Source: an uncultured Eubacteriales bacterium (GTDB lineage: Bacteria > Bacillota > Clostridia > Peptostreptococcales > Caminicellaceae). From it: a DNA stretch of 64,000 nucleotides. The position numbers and the translations under genes were made by a program. Below are positions 37,715 through 46,998 of the stretch, piece after piece (the first letter of the stretch is position 1; each line of letters begins with the position of its first letter). The stretch covers positions 9,928-73,927 of the forward strand of contig CBETVX010000003.1 in assembly GCA_965539935.1 (NCBI GenBank), in the 5' to 3' direction. The notes beneath the pieces were generated by a model. That model saw only the letters and a program-made list of their open reading frames with translations, searched no databases and was not told the DNA's origin.

Positions 37715-38071
37715 TTAAAACACCATCCTAAGAGCAGCCATCATCATGAAAATAGCAAAAACTTTTCTAAGGATATTGTTGGGGATTTTGTTTAAAATTT
37801 TTGCCCCTATATAACTACCTATTACACCGCCTAATGCAACTTTGAACGTTGTATCTAGAGAAATAACCCCTGATTTATAGTATATAAATGTACTTGCAAT
37901 TGCCAAAGGGAGTATTATTGAGATAGCAGTAGCGTGGGCTTTATGTTCCTCTATATTAAGTAGAAAAATCATACCAGGAACCAAAAGAGTTCCTCCACCA
38001 GAACCAAATAGTCCGTTTAATAGTCCAGTACAAATCCCAAGCAAACCTATTTTAAAACCTCTTTTTTTCAT
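37715..38071 (-). CDS. Half-size TSUP (TauE/SafE) family membrane protein, proximal half
   Basis: 118 aa, 4 TM. GLLNGLFGSGGGTLLVPGM. Its stop codon is 1 nt from the start of the next half. Confidence 0.75.
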   Translation of the reverse strand: MKKRGFKIGLLGICTGLLNGLFGSGGGTLLVPGMIFLLNIEEHKAHATAISIILPLAIASTFIYYKSGVISLDTTFKVALGGVIGSYIGAKILNKIPNNILRKVFAIFMMMAALRMVF

Positions 38072-38167
38072 AAAATCAACCCTAATTCCATAAAATATTT
38101 ACAAAATTAATTTAACCTTATTTTATATATAAAATTCATAGTTAAAAGTTATTTTATTTAAATTACT

Positions 38168-38196
38168 TGACATAGGGTAAAATTAATTATAAAATA
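38168..38196 (+). promoter_or_regulatory. Sigma-A-type promoter of cysK
   Basis: TTGACA, 17 nt spacer, TAAAAT. Confidence 0.45.
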
Positions 38197-38241
38197 AAAC
38201 CACAAATTCTGATATGAATTATATGAATTAGGAGGTAGATT

Positions 38242-39165
38242 ATGAAAGTCTATAATAATATTACTGAATTAATAGGTTCAACACCAATGATTAAACTCAA
38301 TAAAATGACTCCAAAGGATGGAGCGGACATATTTTTAAAGTTAGAGTTTTATAATCCAGGTAGTAGTGTAAAGGATAGAATAGCTCTAAATATGATTGAA
38401 TCAGCTGAAAGAGAAGGAATTTTAAAAGAAGGTGGTACCATTGTAGAACCTACCAGTGGTAACACAGGGATAGGTTTAGCCATGATAGGTGCAGCAAAGG
38501 GTTATAGGGTTATATTAGTAATGCCCGATACCATGAGTATAGAAAGAAGAAAACTACTTAAGGCTTTTGGGGCAGAATTAGTTTTAACTGATGGTGCTTT
38601 AGGAATGAAGGGAGCCATTGAAAAAGCTGAAGACCTTGTTAGAAAAAATCCTTCATATTATATGCCACAACAATTTAATAACAAAGCTAATCCAGCTATT
38701 CATAGAAAAACTACTGCCTTAGAAATATTAGATCAAATGGATAATGATTTTGATATGTTTATTGCAGGAGTTGGAACCGGTGGAACAATTACAGGGGTCG
38801 GAGAAGTGATTAAGGAAAAAATAGATAAGGTAAAGGTGGTGGCTGTAGAGCCAGAAAATTCACCAGTTATGTCAGGTGGTAAACCAGGACCCCATAAGAT
38901 TCAAGGTATAGGTGCGGGATTTATACCAGATGTTTTGAATACTGATATTATAGACGAAGTATTTAAAGTTCCAGATGAAGAAGCCTTTAATATAGCTAGA
39001 AAACTTCCTAAAGAAGAAGGGATACTAGTAGGAATTTCATCGGGAGCAGCAGTTTATACAGCTATTGAGAAATCAAAGGAATTAGGAAAGGGCAAAAAAA
39101 TAGTAGTTATAATTCCTAGTTATGGAGAGAGATATTTAAGCACACCATTATTTGAATTAGACTAA
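38242..39165 (+). CDS. cysK: Cysteine synthase A (O-acetylserine sulfhydrylase)
   Basis: 307 aa. PLP lysine motif [23 protein letters not shown]. Confidence 0.92.
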   Translation: MKVYNNITELIGSTPMIKLNKMTPKDGADIFLKLEFYNPGSSVKDRIALNMIESAEREGILKEGGTIVEPTSGNTGIGLAMIGAAKGYRVILVMPDTMSIERRKLLKAFGAELVLTDGALGMKGAIEKAEDLVRKNPSYYMPQQFNNKANPAIHRKTTALEILDQMDNDFDMFIAGVGTGGTITGVGEVIKEKIDKVKVVAVEPENSPVMSGGKPGPHKIQGIGAGFIPDVLNTDIIDEVFKVPDEEAFNIARKLPKEEGILVGISSGAAVYTAIEKSKELGKGKKIVVIIPSYGERYLSTPLFELD

Positions 39166-39283
39166 AAATATTTATCTTATATGCAATGGAGCAGATTGAT
39201 ACTGCTCCTTAATTTTTTTGGTGAAATTTTTATAAAATATGGTATAATATCAATAATTAAAAAACAGATAGGGAGAGAGTAAC

Positions 39284-40033
39284 ATGGAATTAACGATTGA
39301 TAAAAAAATTGATTCAGTAGTAAAGTGGATTAGAGACCAAGTAGAGGTTTCTAAAACTAAGGGAGTTTTAGTTGGATTATCAGGTGGAATTGATTCATCG
39401 GTTGTAGGATTTCTTATAAAGAAGGCATTTCCACAAAACTCTATAGGTGTTATTATGCCTTGTAAAAGTAATGAAAAGGATAAACAAGATGCCATGGAAG
39501 TAGCAAAGGCCTGTGGACTTGAATACATAGTAGTTGATTTAACAGATGAGCAAGATGCAATCCTAAATAAAGTTACTAGTGGTTTAGAAAATAAAAACAT
39601 AGATATCTCTGATGCCAAGAGATTAACAGATGCAAATCTAAGGGCTAGAATGAGAATGAGTACATTATATACAGTTGCAAATTCTTTAAACTATTTAGTA
39701 GCAGGTACAGATAATGCTGCAGAGCTTTATACAGGTTATTTCACTAAGTATGGCGATGGTGGAGTAGATATACTTCCAATAGCAAATCTTCCTAAAAGGG
39801 AAGTATATGAATGGGCAAAACACTTAGGAGTACCTCAAACAGTTATTGACAGAGCTCCTTCAGCAGGACTATGGGAAGGACAAACTGATGAAGCTGAGAT
39901 GGGAACTACCTATAATATGATCGATGATTATTTAGAAGGAAAGGAAATACCTCAAAAAGATAAAGAAATCATAGAAAGAATGCATGAAAAAACTGAGCAT
40001 AAAAGAACTATGCCTCCTATGCCTCAAAAGTAG
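39284..40033 (+). CDS. nadE: Ammonia-dependent NAD+ synthetase
   Basis: 249 aa with PP-loop SGGIDSS. An extended -10 (TGGTATAAT) lies upstream at about 39240. Confidence 0.9.
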   Translation: MELTIDKKIDSVVKWIRDQVEVSKTKGVLVGLSGGIDSSVVGFLIKKAFPQNSIGVIMPCKSNEKDKQDAMEVAKACGLEYIVVDLTDEQDAILNKVTSGLENKNIDISDAKRLTDANLRARMRMSTLYTVANSLNYLVAGTDNAAELYTGYFTKYGDGGVDILPIANLPKREVYEWAKHLGVPQTVIDRAPSAGLWEGQTDEAEMGTTYNMIDDYLEGKEIPQKDKEIIERMHEKTEHKRTMPPMPQK

Positions 40034-40113
40034 AAAAGATTATTGAATATAGAATTAAATGATATAATATGTTAAAATAGTGATTGCATTTATTGATTCA
40101 AGGAGGAGTTTAC

Positions 40114-40842
40114 ATGGCTGGACATTCAAAATGGGCCAATATAAAACATAGAAAAGGAAAACAAGATGCAAAGAGAGCTAAAATATTTACAAAACTAGGT
40201 AGATATATTATGGTTGCAGCCAGGGAGGGTGGATCAGACCCAGAATATAATGTTGCACTAAAAACTGCAATAGAAAAGGCCAAGGCAGCTAATATGCCCA
40301 ATGACAATATAGAAAGGGCTATTAAAAAGGGTGCTGGTGAACTTGATGGTGTTAATTATGATGAAATAACTTATGAAGGTTATGGACCAGGCGGAGTTGC
40401 CGTATTTGTAGAGGTTCTTACGGATAATAGAAATAGGGCAGCCGCTGATATAAGACATTATTTCACAAAATGTGGTGGCAACCTTGGAGCAAATGGCTGT
40501 GTATCCTTTATGTTTGATAGAAAAGGTGTATTAATAATCGATAAAGAAGAAGGCATGGATGAAGAAGAAATAATGCTTCAAGCCATAGATGCAGGGGCAG
40601 AGGACTTCAGTGCTGAAGAAGAGTATTTTGAGATAACCACAAGTCCTGAGGAATTTGCAAAGGTTAGAGATGGCTTAAAAGAAGCAGGATATAACTTCTC
40701 AACAGCAGAAATATCCTATATACCTCAAAACTATCAAAAGTTAGAAAAGGAAGAAGATATAAAGAACATGAACAAATTAATTGATATGCTTGAAGACAAT
40801 GATGACGTTCAGAATGTATATCATAATTGGGATATGGAGTAA
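40114..40842 (+). CDS. YebC/PmpR-family transcriptional regulator
   Basis: Starts [14 protein letters not shown], 7 nt after AGGAGG. The track start at 40084 is an upstream extension. Confidence 0.92.
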   Translation: MAGHSKWANIKHRKGKQDAKRAKIFTKLGRYIMVAAREGGSDPEYNVALKTAIEKAKAANMPNDNIERAIKKGAGELDGVNYDEITYEGYGPGGVAVFVEVLTDNRNRAAADIRHYFTKCGGNLGANGCVSFMFDRKGVLIIDKEEGMDEEEIMLQAIDAGAEDFSAEEEYFEITTSPEEFAKVRDGLKEAGYNFSTAEISYIPQNYQKLEKEEDIKNMNKLIDMLEDNDDVQNVYHNWDME

Positions 40843-40939
40843 AGATTAGTAATAGTATAAAATTTGGAATAAACTACCCTCATAATACATATACTTAGTA
40901 TGAAATAATGAGTAAATAACTGGATTTTGAGGAGGTAAT

Positions 40940-41035
40940 ATGAGGGTTATACTATCTTTCTCCGGCACAAAAAAGGAATTCGAAGCATATTTAAAGGCCA
41001 TAAAACAAATATCAAATATGAAAAATAAAAGGTAG
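40940..41035 (+). CDS. Unannotated 31-aa small ORF candidate
   Basis: MRVILSFSGTKKEFEAYLKAIKQISNMKNKR*. ATG lies 5 nt after GAGGAGG. A GGGAA...TTCCC hairpin plus TTATTCTTTT follows at about 41038-41075. Confidence 0.35.
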   Translation: MRVILSFSGTKKEFEAYLKAIKQISNMKNKR

Positions 41036-41132
41036 TTAAAGGGAATCCTAGGATAGGGGTTCCCTTATTCTTTTAAAATAAAAGAAACTATTGTATAATT
41101 AATTATTATAATAATGTTAAGGAGATGATTGT

Positions 41133-42626
41133 ATGGATAACATTTTAGATACTATAAAAAATAAATCCTTGACCTATCAACAAAAGGTCTTAGAATTAGC
41201 TAGAGTAGCAGAAAATAGCATCGATGTTTTAGATATTAGTAAAGAAGCTAAGGGATATATGGATGAAGGTATAATTTGTGATTTATTTGAAGGAAATGCT
41301 CCCTATAGACCTAGATATATTTTACCTGACTATAAAAAATTTATGGAAAATGGTAGTGAATTTTTAGGATTAAAACCACCTACTAATTTACTTGAAGCAG
41401 TAAATAACTTATTAATCATCTATAAGCATGTACCTTCTATAACTTCTTTTCCAGTATTTCTAGGAGAATTAGATGACTTATTAGATCCTTTTATTGAAGA
41501 TGAAGACAGTGCCTATGAAATAATAAAGCTATTTCTTACTCACCTAGATAGAACCTTGACAGATTCTTTTGTTCATGCAAATATCGGTCCAAAGGCTACA
41601 AAGGCAGGAAGACTAATTTTAAGGGCTGAAAAAGAGCTTAAAAATGCCGTTCCTAATTTATCATTGAAATATACCGATGAAACTCCTGAAGATTTTGCCC
41701 TGGAGGCAATTGAAACAGGTTTTGAAGCAGCAAAACCCTACTTTGTAAACCATGAAATGTATATGAATGATTTTAATACAAAGTATGGTATATGTAGCTG
41801 TTATAATGGGTTGCCCATCGGAGGAGGAAGCTTTACTCTTGTAAGATTAAATCTATATTATTTAGCTAAAAAGTCTAACTCACCTAAAGAGTTTATTGAA
41901 GTTTATTTACCTAAGGCTGTTTCTTTAATGAATGAAATAATGGATAAGAGAATAAAATTCATTGTTGAAGAAAGTGGCTTTTTTGAAAGTAATTTCTTAG
42001 CTAGAGAAGGTTTAATAGATAAAGATAGATTTACAGCAATGTTTGGTATATATGGGGTAGCTGAATGTGTTAACTATTTATTAAAGGCTGAAAAACTTGA
42101 AGATAAGTATGGTCATAATGATGAAGCTGATGAATTAGCCTATGATATTATTAAAGCCCTCGAGAAGGAAGTAAATAAACATACTAATCCTTATTGCAAA
42201 ATATCTAATAATAAATACCTATTACATGCTCAGTCAGGAATATCTTCTGATAAAGATGTTACACCAGGATGTAGAATTCCTATAGGAGAGGAACCTGAAC
42301 TGTTAGATCATATTATGCATGCATCAAAATTCCATCAATTTTTCCCAACGGGAATTAGTGATATATTTACCTTTGAAAGCACTGCTAAAAATAATCCTAA
42401 ATTTATATTGGATATAATTAATGGAGCTATGAAAAAAGGTTTAAGAATGTTTTCATTCTATCAACATGATGGGGATTTTATAAGGATTACTGGATACCTT
42501 GTGAAAAAATCTGAGATGAATAAGTTTAAAGCAGGATCAGAAACTTTACATGATACTGTGGCTTTAGGTTTAGAGGCAGTTGAAAATCAAAGATTACTTG
42601 AAAGAAAGGTAAGAAAAAATGACTAA
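41133..42626 (+). CDS. yjjI: YjjI-family glycyl-radical enzyme (short GRE, function unknown)
   Basis: 497 aa. The glycyl-radical fingerprint RITGY (codons 451-455, nt 42483-42497) lies 42 aa from the C-terminus. There is an internal CSCYNG cysteine segment. The next gene is a dedicated activase. RBS AAGGAG. Confidence 0.75.
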   Translation: MDNILDTIKNKSLTYQQKVLELARVAENSIDVLDISKEAKGYMDEGIICDLFEGNAPYRPRYILPDYKKFMENGSEFLGLKPPTNLLEAVNNLLIIYKHVPSITSFPVFLGELDDLLDPFIEDEDSAYEIIKLFLTHLDRTLTDSFVHANIGPKATKAGRLILRAEKELKNAVPNLSLKYTDETPEDFALEAIETGFEAAKPYFVNHEMYMNDFNTKYGICSCYNGLPIGGGSFTLVRLNLYYLAKKSNSPKEFIEVYLPKAVSLMNEIMDKRIKFIVEESGFFESNFLAREGLIDKDRFTAMFGIYGVAECVNYLLKAEKLEDKYGHNDEADELAYDIIKALEKEVNKHTNPYCKISNNKYLLHAQSGISSDKDVTPGCRIPIGEEPELLDHIMHASKFHQFFPTGISDIFTFESTAKNNPKFILDIINGAMKKGLRMFSFYQHDGDFIRITGYLVKKSEMNKFKAGSETLHDTVALGLEAVENQRLLERKVRKND

Positions 42627-43458
42627 TGGATTTGTAAGTAGAATAATTCCCTTTAGTTCAGTAGATGGTCCAGGTAATAGGACAGTTATATTTTTACAGG
42701 GATGTAATTTCAATTGTGGATATTGTCATAATCCAGAGACTATTAATTATTGTGATATGTGTGGAGCCTGTATAGGCTCCTGTATTTATGGGGCATTATC
42801 TATGGATAAAGATGGAACCATAGTTTGGGACAAGCATTCATGTAAAGATTGTGGAGCTTGTATTTTAGCTTGTCAAAATTCAAGCAATCCAAAAGTAAAA
42901 AAAATGAGTGTAAAAGAGATTCTAAAAGTTATTGATAAAAACAAAGCCTTTATATCAGGTATAACAATATCTGGAGGAGAATGTACACTTCAATGGAACT
43001 TTGTTTTTGAAATATTTAAAAATGTAAAAGCAATGGGATTAAGTACTTACTTGGACACCAATGGATATGTAGAAAGGGAAAAGCTTATTAAGCTATTTCC
43101 CGTGATGGATAAAGTTATGTTAGATATCAAATCTTATGATAGTAAGGAACATATTAATCTTACTGGTAAAGATAATAAAATAGTTTTAGATAATTTTGAG
43201 TTTTTGGCTAAAGAGAATAAAATTTATGAAGTTAGGACTGTAATAGTACCTGAAGTTTTAGATAATATGAGGAATGTAGATATGATAAGCAAACTTATAG
43301 TAAATATAAATCCTAATATTAGATATAAACTAATTAAATTTAGGCCTATGGGTGTTAGGGAAGAGTTTTCCAATAAAAAAGAGCCCTCCGATGAATTAAT
43401 GGCAAAATTAAAGGAAAAGGCAATGAATAATGGATGTGCCAATGTATTAACTGTTTAA
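42619..43458 (+). CDS. yjjW: YjjW-family glycyl-radical enzyme activating protein (radical SAM)
   Basis: 279 aa. CNFNCGYC (CX3CX2C) preceded by SVDGPG, two ferredoxin-like motifs (CDMCGACIGSC and CKDCGACILAC), and SGGECT. Overlaps yjjI by 8 nt. Confidence 0.85.
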   Translation: MTNGFVSRIIPFSSVDGPGNRTVIFLQGCNFNCGYCHNPETINYCDMCGACIGSCIYGALSMDKDGTIVWDKHSCKDCGACILACQNSSNPKVKKMSVKEILKVIDKNKAFISGITISGGECTLQWNFVFEIFKNVKAMGLSTYLDTNGYVEREKLIKLFPVMDKVMLDIKSYDSKEHINLTGKDNKIVLDNFEFLAKENKIYEVRTVIVPEVLDNMRNVDMISKLIVNINPNIRYKLIKFRPMGVREEFSNKKEPSDELMAKLKEKAMNNGCANVLTV

Positions 43459-43724
43459 GGACACAAAAAAATAACCCGCATCGGGTTATGATAGAAATAT
43501 TAAATGTGTTAGATATATTCATTATAAATTTTACACAATATGACAGTAAATGTCAATATTTTTTTTTAAAAACCTTCTTTTGTCGAAATTAATTTAACAA
43601 TTATATATAAGAAATAAATTCCATATTTTTCTGTATAAAAAAATTCAACCTGGCTAAACTATTAAATAGCCTACATAAAATAGTCTATATGAATTCCTAG
43701 ACTATATATTCGGGAGGAATTTTA

Positions 43725-44408
43725 ATGTATTATAGAAGAAGGAAAAACAAAAAAAGGCTAATAGTTTTAGTTAGTAGTATATTAATGTTTATTGCTTTAG
43801 GATATGGATATGTTAGTAATGATAAGCCCTTAGAAAAGCCAGGTGAGTTAGGTAATAAAATCTCTGAAGAAGATATTGTAAAGGATGAAGAAGATATTTC
43901 TGATTTAATAAATAATACTAAAGAGGTTGATAATCAAGGGATTGAAAAAGAAGGTAATGAAAAGGAAGAAGCTGAGGATAATCAAATATCCACAACTATA
44001 GTTACTGAAAATACTGAAATAGTGTTTGATACATATTATAATCAGACTGGAGAGATCAATAGAAATAGTATAAAGGTACCAACTCCTATAATTGGAATGA
44101 CTTTAAGTGAATTTAGAGATTATATTGAATCAAATTATTCTGATTGGAGAATAAAAAATATTTCTACTAAATCAGTTGTTTTATATAAAGAAAAAAATTC
44201 ACTTATGCCAAACACCTATCTTATAAAAAATAATGAAGGTTACATAACAATATATAAGGTAAATGATGACGGGGAAATAGAAATATTTGATGAAACCGAT
44301 ATATCTGTAAATAATCTTCCCAATACAGATAGAACAAAACTAAATAAAGGTATCTATGTAAAGACTCTTGAAGAAGTAGAAAGTCTGATAGAAGATTATA
44401 GTAGTTAA
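43725..44408 (+). CDS. BofC-like membrane-anchored sporulation protein (tentative)
   Basis: 227 aa. Basic N-terminus plus TM, acidic linker, and a C-terminal segment (YLIKNNEGYITIYKVNDDGEIEIFDETDISVNNLP..DRTKLNKGIYVKTLEE) resembling the BofC C-domain. Sits upstream of ruv genes, as bofC does in Bacillus subtilis. Confidence 0.4.
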   Translation: MYYRRRKNKKRLIVLVSSILMFIALGYGYVSNDKPLEKPGELGNKISEEDIVKDEEDISDLINNTKEVDNQGIEKEGNEKEEAEDNQISTTIVTENTEIVFDTYYNQTGEINRNSIKVPTPIIGMTLSEFRDYIESNYSDWRIKNISTKSVVLYKEKNSLMPNTYLIKNNEGYITIYKVNDDGEIEIFDETDISVNNLPNTDRTKLNKGIYVKTLEEVESLIEDYSS

Positions 44409-44436
44409 GATGTACATACTAGGTACATCTTTTATT
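44406..44436 (+). terminator. Intrinsic terminator
   Basis: AGATGTAC-atactag-GTACATCT followed by TTTATT. Confidence 0.65.
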
Positions 44437-44564
44437 ATGCTATATTATACTAGACTTTTTAAAGAATATAGTAAATAATTAAAGGGAACAGTTTGGATAG
44501 CTATAAAATACTTTGTTTAAAATAAAATATTAAAATAAATTGAAGGATAAAGGATATAAGATAT

Positions 44565-44578
44565 CGAATATATGTTTG
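44565..44578 (+). promoter_or_regulatory. LexA (Cheo-box)-like site upstream of ruvC
   Basis: CGAATATATGTTTG matches the consensus CGAAC-N4-GTTCG at 8 of 10 specified positions. It ends 4 nt before a TATAAT at 44583-44588. Confidence 0.35.
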
Positions 44579-44606
44579 TACATATAATATTATCGGAGGG
44601 AAAATA

Positions 44607-45101
44607 ATGATCATATTAGGTATCGACCCAGGAATTGCAATACTAGGCTATGGTATAGTAGAATATAAAGGTAGCTCATTTAGAGTTATTGATTACGGAG
44701 CAGTAGAGACTACTCCTGACATGATTATGCCAGATAGGTTAAGTAAAGTTTATGATGATTTAAATTCTATTATTAATAAATATTGTCCTGATGCCGTAGC
44801 AATAGAAGAACTATTTTTCAATAAAAATGCTAAAACTGCTATAAAAGTTGGACAGGCAAGGGGAGTTGCTATTTTAGCAGCAGCTCAGAAGAATATTGAA
44901 GTATTTGAATATACACCCCTTCAAGTAAAACAGGGAGTTGTAGGATACGGTAGAGCAGAAAAAAAACAAGTACAAATAATGGTAAAGACATTATTGAACT
45001 TAAATAAAATACCAAAACCCGATGATGTTGCTGATGCCTTGGCTGTGGCTATATGTCATGGACATAGTGGGCGTATGGGTAATTTATATAAATTATATTA
45101 G
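44607..45101 (+). CDS. ruvC: Holliday junction resolvase RuvC
   Basis: 164 aa. MIILGIDPG...YG..., [19 protein letters not shown]. Confidence 0.92.
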   Translation: MIILGIDPGIAILGYGIVEYKGSSFRVIDYGAVETTPDMIMPDRLSKVYDDLNSIINKYCPDAVAIEELFFNKNAKTAIKVGQARGVAILAAAQKNIEVFEYTPLQVKQGVVGYGRAEKKQVQIMVKTLLNLNKIPKPDDVADALAVAICHGHSGRMGNLYKLY

Positions 45102-45115
45102 ATATTATCAATGGG

Positions 45116-45727
45116 GTGATTAATTTGATAGATTTTATAAAGGGTAGTATAGAATACATAGGAGAAGACTATGTGGTTATAGAAAATGGTGCCATAGGTT
45201 ATAGGGTTTATACTTCACAATATTCTATGGCAAAATTAAATGAGGATATGGATAATGTAATATTGTATACCCAGATGATAGTAAGGGAAGATGACATTAG
45301 TTTATGTGGATTTGCTTCTAGACAAGAACTAAAAATGTTTGAACTTTTAAAGACTGTTAAGGGAGTAGGAACAAAGGTTGCATTAGGAATATTATCTACA
45401 ATTCCCTTTGTAGAATTGGCAAATATATTGATTTCGGCGGACGTAAATAATCTAACTAAAGCTCCTGGCATAGGCAAAAAAACAGCACAAAGGATTATAT
45501 TAGAACTTAAAGATAAAGTTAATAAAAGTATTGCTATAGAAGAAGGTTCAATGGTAAAGGGGTCAAGTAATTTTATTATGTCAATGAATGCCAATGATGA
45601 AGTAATAGAAGCACTACTGACATTAGGATATGGAAAATCTGAGGCACAGGAAGTTGTAAGTAGAGTAGACTCTGATTTATCTGTAGAAGATAAGATAAAA
45701 GAAGCACTTAAACTTCTCATGAAATAG
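45116..45727 (+). CDS. ruvA: Holliday junction branch-migration protein RuvA
   Basis: 203 aa. ...IDFIKG...GIGYRV..., HhH motifs (VKGVGTKVALGILS, APGIGKKTAQRI). Start is GTG 45116 or TTG 45125. Confidence 0.9.
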   Translation: MINLIDFIKGSIEYIGEDYVVIENGAIGYRVYTSQYSMAKLNEDMDNVILYTQMIVREDDISLCGFASRQELKMFELLKTVKGVGTKVALGILSTIPFVELANILISADVNNLTKAPGIGKKTAQRIILELKDKVNKSIAIEEGSMVKGSSNFIMSMNANDEVIEALLTLGYGKSEAQEVVSRVDSDLSVEDKIKEALKLLMK

Positions 45728-45745
45728 TAAGAAAGAGGGATTGTA

Positions 45746-46795
45746 ATGACAAATCATATTGAAGATAATAGAATTATAACGCCGAATTTGAGAGAGGATG
45801 ACCATGAAGTTGAAGGAAGTCTTAGACCTAAGGCGTTGGATCAATATATAGGACAAGATAAAGTGAAAAATAAGCTAAAAATATTTATAGATGCTGCTAA
45901 AATGAGAGGGGAAGCATTAGATCATGTGCTTTTATATGGGCCACCAGGATTAGGAAAAACTACTCTTTCGGGGATAATTGCAAATGAAATGGGTGTAAAT
46001 ATTAGAATAACTTCTGGTCCAGCCATTGAAAGACCAGGGGATTTAGCAGCCATATTAACAAATCTTATGGAAAATGATGTTCTTTTTATTGATGAAATAC
46101 ATAGATTAAGTAGAAGTGTAGAAGAAGTACTGTATCCATCTATGGAGGATTATGCACTTGACATTATTATTGGTAAAGGACCCAGTGCAAGGTCTGTGAG
46201 AATTGATTTGCCTAAGTTTACTTTAATAGGAGCAACTACCAGGGCAGGACTATTAACATCTCCTTTGAGGGACCGATTTGGGGTAATCTGTAAATTAGAT
46301 TTATATAATATTGAAGATTTAAAGACCATAGTAATGAGATCTGCTGAAATACTTAAGGTCCCTATTATACCCGAGGCAGCAGTTGAAATTGCTAAAAGAA
46401 GTAGAGGAACTCCTAGAATAGTAAACAGGATATTGAAAAGAGTAAGGGATTATGCTCAAGTAGTAGGAGATGGAGAAATCACTAAAAGTATTGCAAAAAA
46501 AGCATTAGAAATGTTGGAAATAGATGAGTTAGGACTAGATAATGTAGATAGAAAGACACTGCTTACAATAATTGAAAAGTTTGATGGAGGCCCAGTAGGG
46601 CTTGATACTTTGGCAGCTTCTACAGGGGAAGAAAAGAATACTATTGAAGATGTAATTGAACCCTTTCTTCTTCAAATTGGTTTTATGAAGAGAACGCCAA
46701 GGGGAAGGGTACTAACAAGAAAGGCCTATGAACATTTAGGAGTATCTTATAATCAAGATGATGGGGTGAGGTTATGGGATCTATCGGAAGAATGA
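45746..46795 (+). CDS. ruvB: Holliday junction DNA helicase RuvB
   Basis: 349 aa. LRPK.L.QYIGQ, Walker [22 protein letters not shown]. Confidence 0.95.
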   Translation: MTNHIEDNRIITPNLREDDHEVEGSLRPKALDQYIGQDKVKNKLKIFIDAAKMRGEALDHVLLYGPPGLGKTTLSGIIANEMGVNIRITSGPAIERPGDLAAILTNLMENDVLFIDEIHRLSRSVEEVLYPSMEDYALDIIIGKGPSARSVRIDLPKFTLIGATTRAGLLTSPLRDRFGVICKLDLYNIEDLKTIVMRSAEILKVPIIPEAAVEIAKRSRGTPRIVNRILKRVRDYAQVVGDGEITKSIAKKALEMLEIDELGLDNVDRKTLLTIIEKFDGGPVGLDTLAASTGEEKNTIEDVIEPFLLQIGFMKRTPRGRVLTRKAYEHLGVSYNQDDGVRLWDLSEE

Positions 46796-46986
46796 TGATG
46801 ATTATGGGTATAGTACTCTTGATATCTGGATTAGTTATAACTTTAGGTGGGAAGCTTGGACTTGGACGACTACCAGGGGATATTTTTATAAGAAGAGGAA
46901 ATTTTACCTTTTACTTTCCATTGTTTACTAGTATTATAATAAGTGTAGTTTTAACAATCATAGCCAACCTTATTTTTAGAAGATAA
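46774..46986 (+). CDS. DUF2905-family small membrane protein
   Basis: 70 aa. [24 protein letters not shown] is characteristic of the family. Overlaps the ruvB end. Confidence 0.7.
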   Translation: MGSIGRMMMIMGIVLLISGLVITLGGKLGLGRLPGDIFIRRGNFTFYFPLFTSIIISVVLTIIANLIFRR

Positions 46987-46998
46987 AGGAGACTCAAG

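Noticed and set aside
39250-39618. 122-aa ORF antisense to the 5' part of nadE.
   Set aside because: It is a shadow ORF inside nadE (PP-loop SGGIDSS on the sense strand) and would have to start within the nadE promoter region.
43471-43489. The hairpin ATAACCCG-cat-CGGGTTAT after yjjW as its terminator.
   Set aside because: It has an A-run upstream and no T-run downstream, so it does not look like a plus-strand intrinsic terminator. It is not listed as a feature.
43581-43587. A perfect Spo0A-box heptamer (TGTCGAA) upstream of the bofC-like gene.
   Set aside because: A 7-mer is expected several times by chance in 64 kb on both strands. It is a single copy with no supporting promoter geometry.
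45208-45720. 170-aa ORF antisense to ruvA.
   Set aside because: It lies entirely inside a confidently identified ruvA. Its S/L/I-rich composition mirrors the sense codons, and it has no RBS.
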